Source: Candidatus Poribacteria bacterium
Lineage (GTDB): Bacteria > Poribacteria > WGA-4E > WGA-3G
Length of the DNA: 64,000 bases
Direction of reading: 5' to 3'
Assembly: GCA_963663765.2 (NCBI GenBank)
Contig: CAXXUA010000004.1
Span: 800,001-864,000 of the forward strand
In this document: positions 10,978-20,497 of the stretch, piece by piece
Numbering within the stretch: position 1 is the stretch's first letter
How the letters are laid out: each line of letters opens with the position of its first letter
Position numbers and translations under genes: made by a program
Notes under the pieces: model-generated
Databases searched by the model: none
What the model was told of the DNA's origin: nothing
What the model saw: the letters and a program-made list of their open reading frames with translations, nothing else

Positions 10978-11871
10978 ATGAACAAAGAGTCCTTAAACCA
11001 CCTACTAACACAAGAAGAACGAACCCACTTTGAAAAACAGGGATACCTCTACGTCCCAAACGCATTATCCTCTGACATGGTAGAACACCTAACAAATAAA
11101 GTAGATAAAATACATAGCAATGCACTCGCAACAGGTATAGCAAAACCCAGTACTCACTGGGGTTTCTCAAACTTCTTAGACAAAGATGATGCATTCTTAG
11201 ACCTTATTGACCTACCAACAACATTCCCAAAAGTATGGGGAATCTTGGGATGGAATATCTATCTATACCATGCACACATGCATATCAAACCACCAGCACA
11301 ACCAGATGCACAAGATCGTGACGGATGGTTGGAATGGCATCAAGACAGTGGACGCGTAAACATAGAGATGGAGACACACCCACGTCCACGCTTATCCTTG
11401 AAAGTCGCATATTTCCTAACAGATGTCTCCGAACCCGGTCGTGGAAATTTCTACATCCGACCCGGTAGCCACTATTCAGATGTACCTCTCCCAGAACACG
11501 AAATCAGTCGTGACCCGCGCGAAAAAACAACGTTGGGTATTCCAAAAGACGCAATACCTGTTTGCGTAAAACCCGGGACAGCAGTCCTATTTGACAGAAG
11601 ACTCTGGCATTCTCGCAGCCCAAATACATCCACAATGACTCGCAAAGCACTGTTCTACGGTTATGGATATAGATGGATACGACCAAAAGACGATATGACT
11701 GTAGAACACCTATATGAACGCTGCGACCCAATACGTCGACAAATTCTTGGCGATGCAGTCAAAAACAACGGTCGTTATGTACCAACTGATGAAGATGTTC
11801 CTCTACGCGGATGGTTAATTGAGCATTTAGGAAAAAATGCAGTCCACTCACAGTTCCCACTCGGTACCTGA
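10978..11871 (+). CDS. Phytanoyl-CoA dioxygenase (PhyH) family Fe/2OG dioxygenase
   Basis: FEKQGYL, WHQD, PGSH, KPGTAVLFDRRLWH. Confidence 0.9.
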   Translation: MNKESLNHLLTQEERTHFEKQGYLYVPNALSSDMVEHLTNKVDKIHSNALATGIAKPSTHWGFSNFLDKDDAFLDLIDLPTTFPKVWGILGWNIYLYHAHMHIKPPAQPDAQDRDGWLEWHQDSGRVNIEMETHPRPRLSLKVAYFLTDVSEPGRGNFYIRPGSHYSDVPLPEHEISRDPREKTTLGIPKDAIPVCVKPGTAVLFDRRLWHSRSPNTSTMTRKALFYGYGYRWIRPKDDMTVEHLYERCDPIRRQILGDAVKNNGRYVPTDEDVPLRGWLIEHLGKNAVHSQFPLGT

Positions 11872-11877
11872 TACTTA

Positions 11878-12030
11878 TACCAATTCAAATAAATCTTGTC
11901 TCATTATGGAATTCTACTGTTTACTGGCAGGGGGTTACTCTCTTTAGTAGGAGCGACCTCCCAGTCTCGACCTGGAGGTCGCTCCTACCAGATCTACGCT
12001 GCTAATGAGAATTGTCAATTAGAAATGGTA
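11878..12030. mobile_element. MITE family 2 (TACCAATTC...GAAATGGTA), TSD TTA, contains REP doublet GTAGGAGCGACCTCC
   Basis: Terminal inverted repeats, TTA on both flanks; closely similar to 33143-33296. Confidence 0.8.
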
Positions 12031-12045
12031 TTACATCTATCCAAA

Positions 12046-12533
12046 CAGGGTTATTTAGTTTTCAATATTTTTGATATTTTTTTGCTATGACGATAATATT
12101 ATGTGTTGTCATCTTGTCTGTGTCTTTAGTGGTTCTTTCGGCAATTAATTTTAGCATAAAATAAAAGTCCAATGCTGAAGAACCCAGTAGTCATCCGTTT
12201 AAGTAGGAGATCATCAATGGAAACATATAATAAATACATAGCAAGAAAAACATATAGTCCCGTAGGGACGATATGTTTATAGAAAAATGGTATCTATCCT
12301 TCTTGAGTTCCGTAGGAACGGCATAGAAGAATAAACATATCGTCCCTACGGGACTAAAGAGCTGTGGAGGGTACTTGTTTTCTATAAACATATCGTCCCT
12401 ACGGGACTAAAGAGCGATGTTCATGTTTCAATAATCTAATACTGATGTATAAGGTGTAGTGAGGAAACTGCATTTGGCTATTAACTTTCAGTAAATCTCA
12501 ATAACAGAAAACTCTTAAAACTGAATAACCCTG
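12046..12533. mobile_element. IR-bounded element (CAGGGTTATTTAGTTTT / AAAACTGAATAACCCTG) containing TAGTCCCGTAGGGACG repeats
   Basis: Imperfect 17-bp inverted ends; internal direct and inverted repeats at 12255-12412; no clear TSD. Confidence 0.55.
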
Positions 12534-12544
12534 ACCCCATCCCG

Positions 12545-13419
12545 GTAGGCGTGCTTTGTAAGTGCGCCGATAAACACAGGATTGGCAAGGGCGCGCTTAC
12601 AAAGCACGCCTGCCTTGAGTGAGAATGGCAAGGGCGCGCTTACAAAGCATGCCTGAAGGGGAGTGCAGTTGGGGGGTGCGCTTACAAAGCACGCCTGCCT
12701 TGAGTGAGAATGACAACGGCGCGCTTACAAAGCACGCCTACCTTGAGTGAGAATGACAACGGCGAGCTTACAAAGCACGCCTGCAGGTGAGTGCAGTTGG
12801 GGGGTGCGCTTACAAAGCACACCTGCCTTGAGTGAGAATGACAACGGCGCGCTTACAAAGCACGCCTGCAGGTGAGTGCAGGTGGGTGGCGCGCTTACAA
12901 AGCACGCCTGCAGTTTTTGGGAGAACGGAGCGCGCTTACAAAGCACGCCTGCAGGTGAGTGCAGGTGGGTGGCGCGCTTACAAAGCACGCCTGCAGGTGA
13001 GTGCAGGTGGGTGGCGCGCTTACAAAGCACGCCTGCCTTGAGTGAGAATGACAACGGCGCGCTTACAAAGCACGCCTACCTTGAGTGAGAATGACAACGG
13101 CGAGCTTACAAAACACGCCTGCAGTTTTTGGGAGAACGAAGCGCGCTTACAAAGCACGCCTGCAGTTGGGGGTGCGGGTGAGTGGGGGCGCGCTTACAAA
13201 GCACGCCTGCAAGGTGTGCGGGTGAGTGGGGGGCGCGCTTACAAAGCACGCCTGCAGGTGAGTGCAGGTGGAGGGCTCGCGGACAAAGTACGCCTGCAGT
13301 TGGGTGGCGCGCTTACCAAGCACGCCTGCAGGTGTGTGGGTGAGTGGGTGGCGCGCTTACAAAGCACGCCTGCAGAGGGGTGCGGGTGAGTGGGTGGCGC
13401 GCGGACAAAGCACGCCTGC
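12545..13419. repeat. REP array 1: one inverted GTAGGCGTGCTTTGTAAG(T/C)GCGCC followed by about 20 direct copies with short recurrent linkers
   Basis: GGCGCGCTTACAAAGCACGCCTGC repeated; linkers come from a few types (CTTGAGTGAGAATGACAA, AGGTGAGTGCAGGTGGG, AGTTTTTGGGAGAA). Confidence 0.9.
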
Positions 13420-13569
13420 AGTTAGTTATGGCGTGGCACAGAGACCCCGCCCTACAATAGGTGAATGAGTAGTTTGTGCAAAAACTTTACACACCCCTAT
13501 CCAAAAACCAAATTTGCCATTTTTTCTTGAATGTGGTATCCTATATCTTCAAGGAGGAATACCAAACCT

Positions 13570-14328
13570 GTGGCATCTATAAACGATATAGCAAACGAAT
13601 TCATTAGAGAAGAAATTGAAGAATTCTTGGAACGACCTGATGAAATAGACTTTTTCATAGAGATGTTTACACAAGCATCACCTGAAATGCAGGATATTTC
13701 TGCTGCACTCATTGATGGTGACCATCACACCGTAGACGAATTGACTGAAAACGCACTCGCAGAAGGCACTGAAGCGTTGGAGATAATGGATGATGGACTC
13801 ATCGCTGGTATGGGTATAGTCGGTATAAAGTTTCGCGAAAATTTCATCTTCGTACCAGAAGTACTCGCATGTGCCCGCGCAATGAAAGCAGGGATGACAC
13901 ACATTGAACCGATACTCTCCGAATCTGGAATTGAACCAATCGGCACGGTCATCATGGGGACTGTCAAAGGTGACCTCCATGATATTGGCAAGAACCTTTG
14001 CATCATGATGTTACGTGGTTCAGGATTTGTCGTACACGATCTCGGTGTGGATACCTCTGAAGACGAATTTATTGAAGCCGTTGAAGAATACGAAGCTCCT
14101 ATTTTAGGGATGTCCGCCTTATTAACCACAACTATGCCAAACATGGGCAAAACAATAGATGCATTCATTGATGAAGACCTACGCGAAGAAGTAAAGATAA
14201 TGGTCGGTGGTGCACCGGTCACACAAACTTTCGCAGACGACATGGGTGCAGATGGATACGGAAAAGATGCTCTTGAATGTGTGACTTTAGCAAGACACTT
14301 CCTTGAGGAAACTGATGAGGAATGGTAA
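13570..14328 (+). CDS. Corrinoid (B12-binding) protein, MetH cap and cobalamin domains
   Basis: FVPEVL, GDLHDIGKNL, MSALLTTT, VGGAP; AGGAGG RBS before GTG 13570. Confidence 0.92.
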   Translation: MASINDIANEFIREEIEEFLERPDEIDFFIEMFTQASPEMQDISAALIDGDHHTVDELTENALAEGTEALEIMDDGLIAGMGIVGIKFRENFIFVPEVLACARAMKAGMTHIEPILSESGIEPIGTVIMGTVKGDLHDIGKNLCIMMLRGSGFVVHDLGVDTSEDEFIEAVEEYEAPILGMSALLTTTMPNMGKTIDAFIDEDLREEVKIMVGGAPVTQTFADDMGADGYGKDALECVTLARHFLEETDEEW

Positions 14329-14343
14329 CACACAAGAATATAT

Positions 14344-16287
14344 ATGAAAAAGATTGACAAAAACGAATACGAAAAACGACTCAATAAAATAACGAAAATC
14401 TTTGAAGAACTTGTCGTCCACGCTGATGAACAAGCAACCTACCGTTGTCCATATAAGAACCGATTTGACCACTGCACCGCTAAATTCGGTTGTAGAAACC
14501 AACGAAAAATACAAGAAGGTACTGGACTCCTTTGCGTCGGAGACGACAAGTTAGATTATCGCAATGCTTGGGAAGTTGATGAATCTGAGGGAATTGCACA
14601 ATTTGAAAAATCAAAAGGCACAATTACATGTGACGGAAAAGTCTACCAACTTACACCTGGAAAAACTGTCTTTGATTACGCAGACGATTTGGCTGTACAA
14701 GTACCTACCTCATGCTTTCGCACAGGCCAGTGTCATGAGTGTATTGTTGAGATTACACGCGGCCTGGAGAGCCTACAAACCAGAAACGAAGCCGAATCGT
14801 TCCTTCGAGGAAACTACCGACTCGCTTGTCAGTCAGTAGTTCTGGATGTAGATGCTGACATTGAATTCTCTCCGCTACGACGCACACCAAGAATTCTTAC
14901 ACATATCACCTCAGAAATTATAAACAAAAAAGGTGACCCCACTAAATCACTGAACCCACTTGTCACACATCAAGAGGAAATTGTCTATTATGACAATGAA
15001 CCAGTAGACCGATTTCGTGGAAACATATACGGACTGGCAATAGACATCGGCACAACCACTGTCGTTGTAAATTTGGTGGACTTAGAAACTGGAAAGACTG
15101 TTTCAGTCAGTTCCTTTGAAAACCCGCAACGATTCGGTGGAAGTGATATAATGCACAGAATCTCTTATGATGGAGAATTTGAAGGTGAATTGCGAAAATC
15201 GCTCATTGCAGCTTTGAACAGCCAAATTATGGAAATGTGTGAAAAACATAACTTTGTACGACAAGAGATTTATGAAATCGTTGTTGCAGGGAACACAACG
15301 ATGCGTGATATCTTCTTCAGACAGGACGTACAGTCTATCGGACAAAAGCCGTATAAGTCTCTCATTGAGCATGAAAGTCTCAACGGTACTCGTTCAACCA
15401 CCTCTCTCACTGAAAAAGCACGCCGCTTAGGTATTCGTTCAAATCCAAAAGCAATGGTCTACAGTTTGCCCCTAATAGCAAGTCATGTCGGTGCAGATGT
15501 CGCAGCAGATTTGGTTTCAATCAACATGCAAGCACAAGACGATATTGTGATGTTAGTTGATGTCGGTACTAACACGGAGGTAGTCGTTGGTAATTCAGAA
15601 CGCATGGTCGCGGCATCATGTCCTGCCGGTCCAGCCTTTGAAGGCGGTGGAATTCAATATGGAATGCCCGCATATCCCGGTGCAATCGAATCGGTCAAAT
15701 GGAACAACGGTAAAATCAGTTTTGAAACAATTGATGCAGAAAAACCACAAGGTCTGTGTGGTTCAGGACTCATTTCTCTCTTAGCAGAACTCCGCAGGCA
15801 TGAACAGATGAGTCCAAAAGGTGTATTTGCAGAAAGAAAACAACAGGTCATGCACATACTACCTGAACACGGAATTACCTTCTCTCGCGAAGATGCAAGT
15901 AATTTAGCACAAGCAAAGGCAGCAAACTACTGTGGGCAATATATAGTGCTTCGTCATTTTGGGTGTTCTCCGCAGGAAATCAGCAAACTCTATTTAGCGG
16001 GTGGATTTGCTAACTACGTCAACACCAAGGACGCAATAGAGATAGGATTTCTCGCTCCAGTTCCTAAGGAACGAATTGTAAAAATCGGAAACGCTGCTGC
16101 CTGGGGTGCGAAAACGATCCTATTATCAAAAGATAAACGCAAAGAAATTGAATCGTTGGTGAAAAACATTGAACATATTGAACTTGAAACTACACCAGAT
16201 TTTTTTGATGTGTTCGTTGAAGGGTGTCAATTCAAACCAATGCCTACGGAAATTACCAAAACACAGGAGAAAAAACAGAAAAAGTGA
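14344..16287 (+). CDS. ASKHA/DUF4445 reductive activator of corrinoid enzymes with 2Fe-2S domain
   Basis: SCFRTGQCHEC...RLACQ, DIGTTT, NPQRFGGSDI, DVGTNTE, AGPAFEG, GLCGSG. Confidence 0.9.
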   Translation: MKKIDKNEYEKRLNKITKIFEELVVHADEQATYRCPYKNRFDHCTAKFGCRNQRKIQEGTGLLCVGDDKLDYRNAWEVDESEGIAQFEKSKGTITCDGKVYQLTPGKTVFDYADDLAVQVPTSCFRTGQCHECIVEITRGLESLQTRNEAESFLRGNYRLACQSVVLDVDADIEFSPLRRTPRILTHITSEIINKKGDPTKSLNPLVTHQEEIVYYDNEPVDRFRGNIYGLAIDIGTTTVVVNLVDLETGKTVSVSSFENPQRFGGSDIMHRISYDGEFEGELRKSLIAALNSQIMEMCEKHNFVRQEIYEIVVAGNTTMRDIFFRQDVQSIGQKPYKSLIEHESLNGTRSTTSLTEKARRLGIRSNPKAMVYSLPLIASHVGADVAADLVSINMQAQDDIVMLVDVGTNTEVVVGNSERMVAASCPAGPAFEGGGIQYGMPAYPGAIESVKWNNGKISFETIDAEKPQGLCGSGLISLLAELRRHEQMSPKGVFAERKQQVMHILPEHGITFSREDASNLAQAKAANYCGQYIVLRHFGCSPQEISKLYLAGGFANYVNTKDAIEIGFLAPVPKERIVKIGNAAAWGAKTILLSKDKRKEIESLVKNIEHIELETTPDFFDVFVEGCQFKPMPTEITKTQEKKQKK

Positions 16288-17282
16288 AACCCTTTCGTGA
16301 ACGTTTAAAATCTGATACACCAATTCTTTTCGATGGTGGATTTGGGTCGCAACTCTTTGCACGCAACATTGAACTTGCAAATAGTGCATTAGCAAATAAA
16401 TTACATCCTAATGATGTTGTCGGTATTCACTTAGACTATATCAAAGCAGGTGCAGATGCTATCGGAACAAATACGTTTGTTGTTTCTCCTCTCCACTTGC
16501 AAATGGCGGGACAGGATAAATCCGATGCACAAAAACTCACAAAACTTGCAGTACAACACACAAAGGATGCGATTGAAGAGAGCAATAAAGATATTTATAT
16601 TGCAGGTTCTGTCGGTCCATCACCTGGTGCAATTGAAGCTGATAGCGGGGATACCATCTTCGGTATCGCAAATGATGAAGTGCGCGAAGCACACAAACTG
16701 GTTATAAACACACTTGCAGAATCTGGTGTGGATTTTCTGTGTTTGGAAACGATGTTTTCCGCAAAGGAAGCTGCTATAGCAGTTGACATAGCGCGAGAAA
16801 CCGAACTCCCCATAGCCATTAACATGACATACAAATGTACAACAGATCGAAAAACTGGTGAAGTCATATATAAAACTGACTGGGGACATTCCGCTTCAGA
16901 CTTACTCCAAATCCTTGCCAGTGGGGAATTCTCAAAGGGAGACTCACTGATAAATAGCATTGACATCATAGGACTAAACTGTGGTGCAGAAACAAAACAG
17001 TCAGAACATTCTGGGATGCCTTATGCAATCAATGGCACTCAGCAACTGCACGATACTTTCACAACATTAGGTATAAACGGAATACAAATGATGGCGTATC
17101 CAAATGCCGGTATGCCTGAATTGGATAAAAATTACGAAACTGTCTATACACAGTCTGCTGACGAAATGAAAACATACATACCAGAACTCATCGCTGCTGG
17201 AGCATATATCATTGGTGGCTGTTGCGGTACAACTCCTGAACACATCAAAGCCTTCCGCCAAGTTATTGATGCTAACACATAG
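16284..17282 (+). CDS. Homocysteine S-methyltransferase-family protein
   Basis: FDGGFGS, GADAIGTNTF, ETMFS, GLNC, YPNAG, GGCCGTTPEHI; GTG start overlaps the upstream TGA. Confidence 0.9.
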   Translation: MKPFRERLKSDTPILFDGGFGSQLFARNIELANSALANKLHPNDVVGIHLDYIKAGADAIGTNTFVVSPLHLQMAGQDKSDAQKLTKLAVQHTKDAIEESNKDIYIAGSVGPSPGAIEADSGDTIFGIANDEVREAHKLVINTLAESGVDFLCLETMFSAKEAAIAVDIARETELPIAINMTYKCTTDRKTGEVIYKTDWGHSASDLLQILASGEFSKGDSLINSIDIIGLNCGAETKQSEHSGMPYAINGTQQLHDTFTTLGINGIQMMAYPNAGMPELDKNYETVYTQSADEMKTYIPELIAAGAYIIGGCCGTTPEHIKAFRQVIDANT

Positions 17283-17311
17283 ATGTCAACCAACTATACA
17301 CAGAAATACAC

Positions 17312-17932
17312 ATGCGTACACGTGTAAAAATATGTGGAATAACAAACCTATCAGACGCAGAAACTGCAATCACAGCAGGTGCAGACGCACTCGGTTTCAT
17401 CTTTGTACCAGAAACACCACGGTATATTAAACCAGTTGATGCATCAAAAATAATCAGGAAGTTACCACCATTTATTACAACCGTAGGCGTTTTTCGCAAT
17501 GAAGAACTAACAGAAGTTGACATAATTGCAGCAGAATGTGGAATCACATCAATACAATTACATGGCAAAGAAACTCCTGAATATTGCCACCATCTGTTAA
17601 TTCCCGTCATCAAAGTTATTGAATTACAAAACGAAAATGATTTACATACCATAACAAAGTACACAGTAAGTGCTTGTCTCGTAGATAAACCAAAGTCTAT
17701 CCCAACGGGGACAATCAATTTGGAACTTGCTAAGAAGGCGTGTGGGTATACAAACAGACTGATCCTTGCAGGTGGTTTAACACCAAATAATGTCGCAGTC
17801 GGAATACGTCGTGTCAAACCTTATGCAGTTGACGTAGCAAGTGGTGTTGAAGCAGCAAAACGTAGAAAAGACCCGAACAAAATAGTTGCATTTATGCAAG
17901 CTGTAAGAGAAATTGATAGACAATTATATTAA
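17312..17932 (+). CDS. trpF: Phosphoribosylanthranilate isomerase
   Basis: VKICGIT, QLHG, LAGGL, VDVASGVE. Confidence 0.95.
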   Translation: MRTRVKICGITNLSDAETAITAGADALGFIFVPETPRYIKPVDASKIIRKLPPFITTVGVFRNEELTEVDIIAAECGITSIQLHGKETPEYCHHLLIPVIKVIELQNENDLHTITKYTVSACLVDKPKSIPTGTINLELAKKACGYTNRLILAGGLTPNNVAVGIRRVKPYAVDVASGVEAAKRRKDPNKIVAFMQAVREIDRQLY

Positions 17933-17948
17933 ATAAGTCAACTGAGTC

Positions 17949-18449
17949 ATGAAAACAATTACGTTAACATATAAAAGGCTGCCAGATCGGATCAATTATT
18001 ATGAACAGCAACTGTTATATGCTGATGATGACGTAATTGTTACAACTCAAAAAATAAAACCTTCAAGTCAAATCGTCATAAATGAAAAAACTGTGTTAGG
18101 TGATAATTTCACTGCAATCTGGTTCGTTTTTTCTGCTCTATGGTACGACATCGGTAAAATTTACAATCTAAATAATGAATGGACAGGTTATTATTGTGAT
18201 ATTATACAACCAGTGAACCGTTCTTCTAATAATTTTGAAATTGTAGACCTATTTCTTGATTTATGGGTATCACCTGATGGCAGTTATGAAGTCCAAGACG
18301 AGGATGAATTTGAAACTGCACTTAGGGAAGGCACTATCACCAAAGAACTGGCAAGTAAAGCTCGACATGCATTAGACGACTTAATAGATAACGTTACATC
18401 AGGTAATTTTCCACCAGATTTTGTAAGAAACTATGCATTGAAAGAATAA
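17949..18449 (+). CDS. DUF402-family protein
   Basis: GYYCDI, VDLFLDLWVSPDG, DEDEF. Confidence 0.8.
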   Translation: MKTITLTYKRLPDRINYYEQQLLYADDDVIVTTQKIKPSSQIVINEKTVLGDNFTAIWFVFSALWYDIGKIYNLNNEWTGYYCDIIQPVNRSSNNFEIVDLFLDLWVSPDGSYEVQDEDEFETALREGTITKELASKARHALDDLIDNVTSGNFPPDFVRNYALKE

Positions 18450-18463
18450 ACTGGAGTCATAAG

Positions 18464-19672
18464 ATGTCAATATTAGCAATAAATGGCGGTGAACCGACCC
18501 GAACGAATCCCTATCCTACATGGCCTTCGCTTGATAACATTGACATTAAGGCTTTTGAAAGCATCTACAACAGCAGACGTTGGGGGGTCGGGGGAACGAA
18601 AGTTACTGAATTTGCACAGCAATTTGCGGATTTTCAAGGGGCAAACTATGGTGTGTGTGTCAATAGTGGAACAACAGCACTCTACGTCGCATTGAAAACT
18701 GCAGGAGTAGGGCCTGATGATGAGGTAATCACCACCCCATACACCTTCCAAGCGACCATAGTAGCAATTCTAATGACACACGCAATACCTGTCTTTGTGG
18801 ACACTGCACCAGATAATTTTTTGCTGGATCCTTCCAAAATTGAGGATGTAATCACCGATAAAACCAAGGTAATCCTACCAGTTCATATCGCAGGTTATCC
18901 TGCAGATTTAGATGCACTCGTTGAGATTTCCGAAAGGCATAATATCAAACTCATTGAAGATTGCGCGCAGGCACACGGTGCAGAGTGGCGAGGTAAAGGT
19001 GTCGGAAGTTGGGGACATATCGGGTGTTTCAGTTTCCAAACATCAAAAAATCTCTGTGCTGGAGAAGGTGGAATCGTTCTCATAAACGACAGAGAACTAT
19101 ATGAACGCGCATGGGCATTACACAACTGCGGACGTACACCTCCTGACGCGGAATTTGGAAATATAGAACCATTCGGTGGAAACTTCAGAATGACTGAGTG
19201 GCAAGCAGCCATATTGCTCTCACGTTTGACACGGCTTGAAGAAGAAACGAACTACAGACACATGAATATGCGTTGGTTAGACGGTTGGTTTGGTGAAATC
19301 CCCGGCATAAAAGTCACACGCCTGGACCCACGCGCTACACGCTGCGGTTCTCACGGATACAAAGCAATCTTTGATTCTGAAGAATTTGAGGGAATCTCCC
19401 GTAAGACATTCCTTGACGCAATACGTGCTGAAGGCATCCCTATGGGGTATTGGTATACAACACCGATGTACCGTGCTTCATTTCTAAAATCCAACCTTTT
19501 TGGTCAAAACCTTGACTATTCCAATGTTCACTGTGCCGAAACTGAAAAAATATGCCAAACTGGACTCGCCTTAAGTCAAAACGTCTTGCTCGGAACAGAA
19601 GAGGATATGGAAGACATCATTAAAGCCACCGTTAAGATCCGCAGAAACGTTGGTGAATTAAAGAATGAATAG
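18464..19672 (+). CDS. DegT/DnrJ/EryC1/StrS PLP-dependent aminotransferase
   Basis: NSGTTAL, IEDCAQAHGA, SFQTSKNL, GEGG. Confidence 0.92.
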   Translation: MSILAINGGEPTRTNPYPTWPSLDNIDIKAFESIYNSRRWGVGGTKVTEFAQQFADFQGANYGVCVNSGTTALYVALKTAGVGPDDEVITTPYTFQATIVAILMTHAIPVFVDTAPDNFLLDPSKIEDVITDKTKVILPVHIAGYPADLDALVEISERHNIKLIEDCAQAHGAEWRGKGVGSWGHIGCFSFQTSKNLCAGEGGIVLINDRELYERAWALHNCGRTPPDAEFGNIEPFGGNFRMTEWQAAILLSRLTRLEEETNYRHMNMRWLDGWFGEIPGIKVTRLDPRATRCGSHGYKAIFDSEEFEGISRKTFLDAIRAEGIPMGYWYTTPMYRASFLKSNLFGQNLDYSNVHCAETEKICQTGLALSQNVLLGTEEDMEDIIKATVKIRRNVGELKNE

Positions 19673-19772
19673 TAATTCCCATATTAAACGAAGAAAACTT
19701 TATTATTTTTACTATCCTTTTCATGTTTAAAAGACTCTATAATATCAAATGCCATAATTAAGGAGATTTGAA

Positions 19773-20327
19773 ATGAGTAACGAACGTGAGACCCAAAAGG
19801 AAATTCGCAGAATCGTTAGAATGTTAGAAGCAACGACAAAACATCTTGATAAAGCTTCTATATTAGACAATTTATCCAGTGGAGAAGCAAGGTGCATTCA
19901 ACAATTCAACAATGCATTAGGTCGCTTATACGATTTAGAAGTACTACCAGAAGGATTGTTTGAACCCTTAAACGAGGATGCGTCTGTCGGGGATATAAAC
20001 CAGGCATATCATCAAGTCGCAAACTATCTCAAAGAAGGCATGGGTTTCGATTTTGACTTTGACTTCAAGAAAGAGAAGGAAACCATCGGCAATGTGATGA
20101 AAGATGTCGGCGACGTGGTAGCACGCTCCATCTTCAGCATGAGTGAATCTACGTCAGAGGACGATGTTTCCGCTGATCCTACAATTGAAACGATTGAAAT
20201 TGTTGAGGATGACCAACAGAATCCTATTGAACCACGTCTTGAAAAACTGGAAGAACAGATGGAAACTGTCGTCCAACTTTTACAGAAACTTCAATCAAAA
20301 AAGGTTAAGAAAGATGGTAAGAAATAG
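19773..20327 (+). CDS. Hypothetical protein
   Basis: 184-aa ORF with AAGGAG RBS; no motif recognised. Confidence 0.7.
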   Translation: MSNERETQKEIRRIVRMLEATTKHLDKASILDNLSSGEARCIQQFNNALGRLYDLEVLPEGLFEPLNEDASVGDINQAYHQVANYLKEGMGFDFDFDFKKEKETIGNVMKDVGDVVARSIFSMSESTSEDDVSADPTIETIEIVEDDQQNPIEPRLEKLEEQMETVVQLLQKLQSKKVKKDGKK

Positions 20328-20340
20328 CATACACACTACC

Positions 20341-20468
20341 CGCGTATGATGAAGTATTGTCAAGTATTCCGCTGTAACAGGTGTAAGCGCGCTGAAAAAC
20401 ACCTATAAATTGAAGTTGTTACATCTCTCAATAGGGCGGAATTCATCTAAATACTTCATCGCAGCGCG
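20341..20468. repeat. Degenerate IR-bounded element with REP remnant
   Basis: CGCGTATGATGAAGTAT...ATACTTCATCGCAGCGCG; internal GTAAGCGCGCTGAAAAAC; lies between convergent genes. Confidence 0.45.
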
Positions 20469-20497
20469 TGTAAGAACTTTATCCTTTGTTTTTCATG

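Noticed and set aside
12545-13419. CRISPR array
   Set aside because: Spacers are short and recur many times, the repeat is a dispersed REP, and no cas genes are in the window.
12725-13468. Short ORFs such as ARLQSTPA repeats
   Set aside because: Translations of the REP array.
13420-13570. Cobalamin or SAM riboswitch upstream of the corrinoid operon
   Set aside because: No recognisable B12-box or SAM core; the region is made of a REP, an IS end and a promoter-like sequence.
13725-14384. 219-aa antisense ORF and similar shadow ORFs (16595-16969, 17272-17817, 41974-42444)
   Set aside because: They lie opposite well-supported genes and have no motifs.
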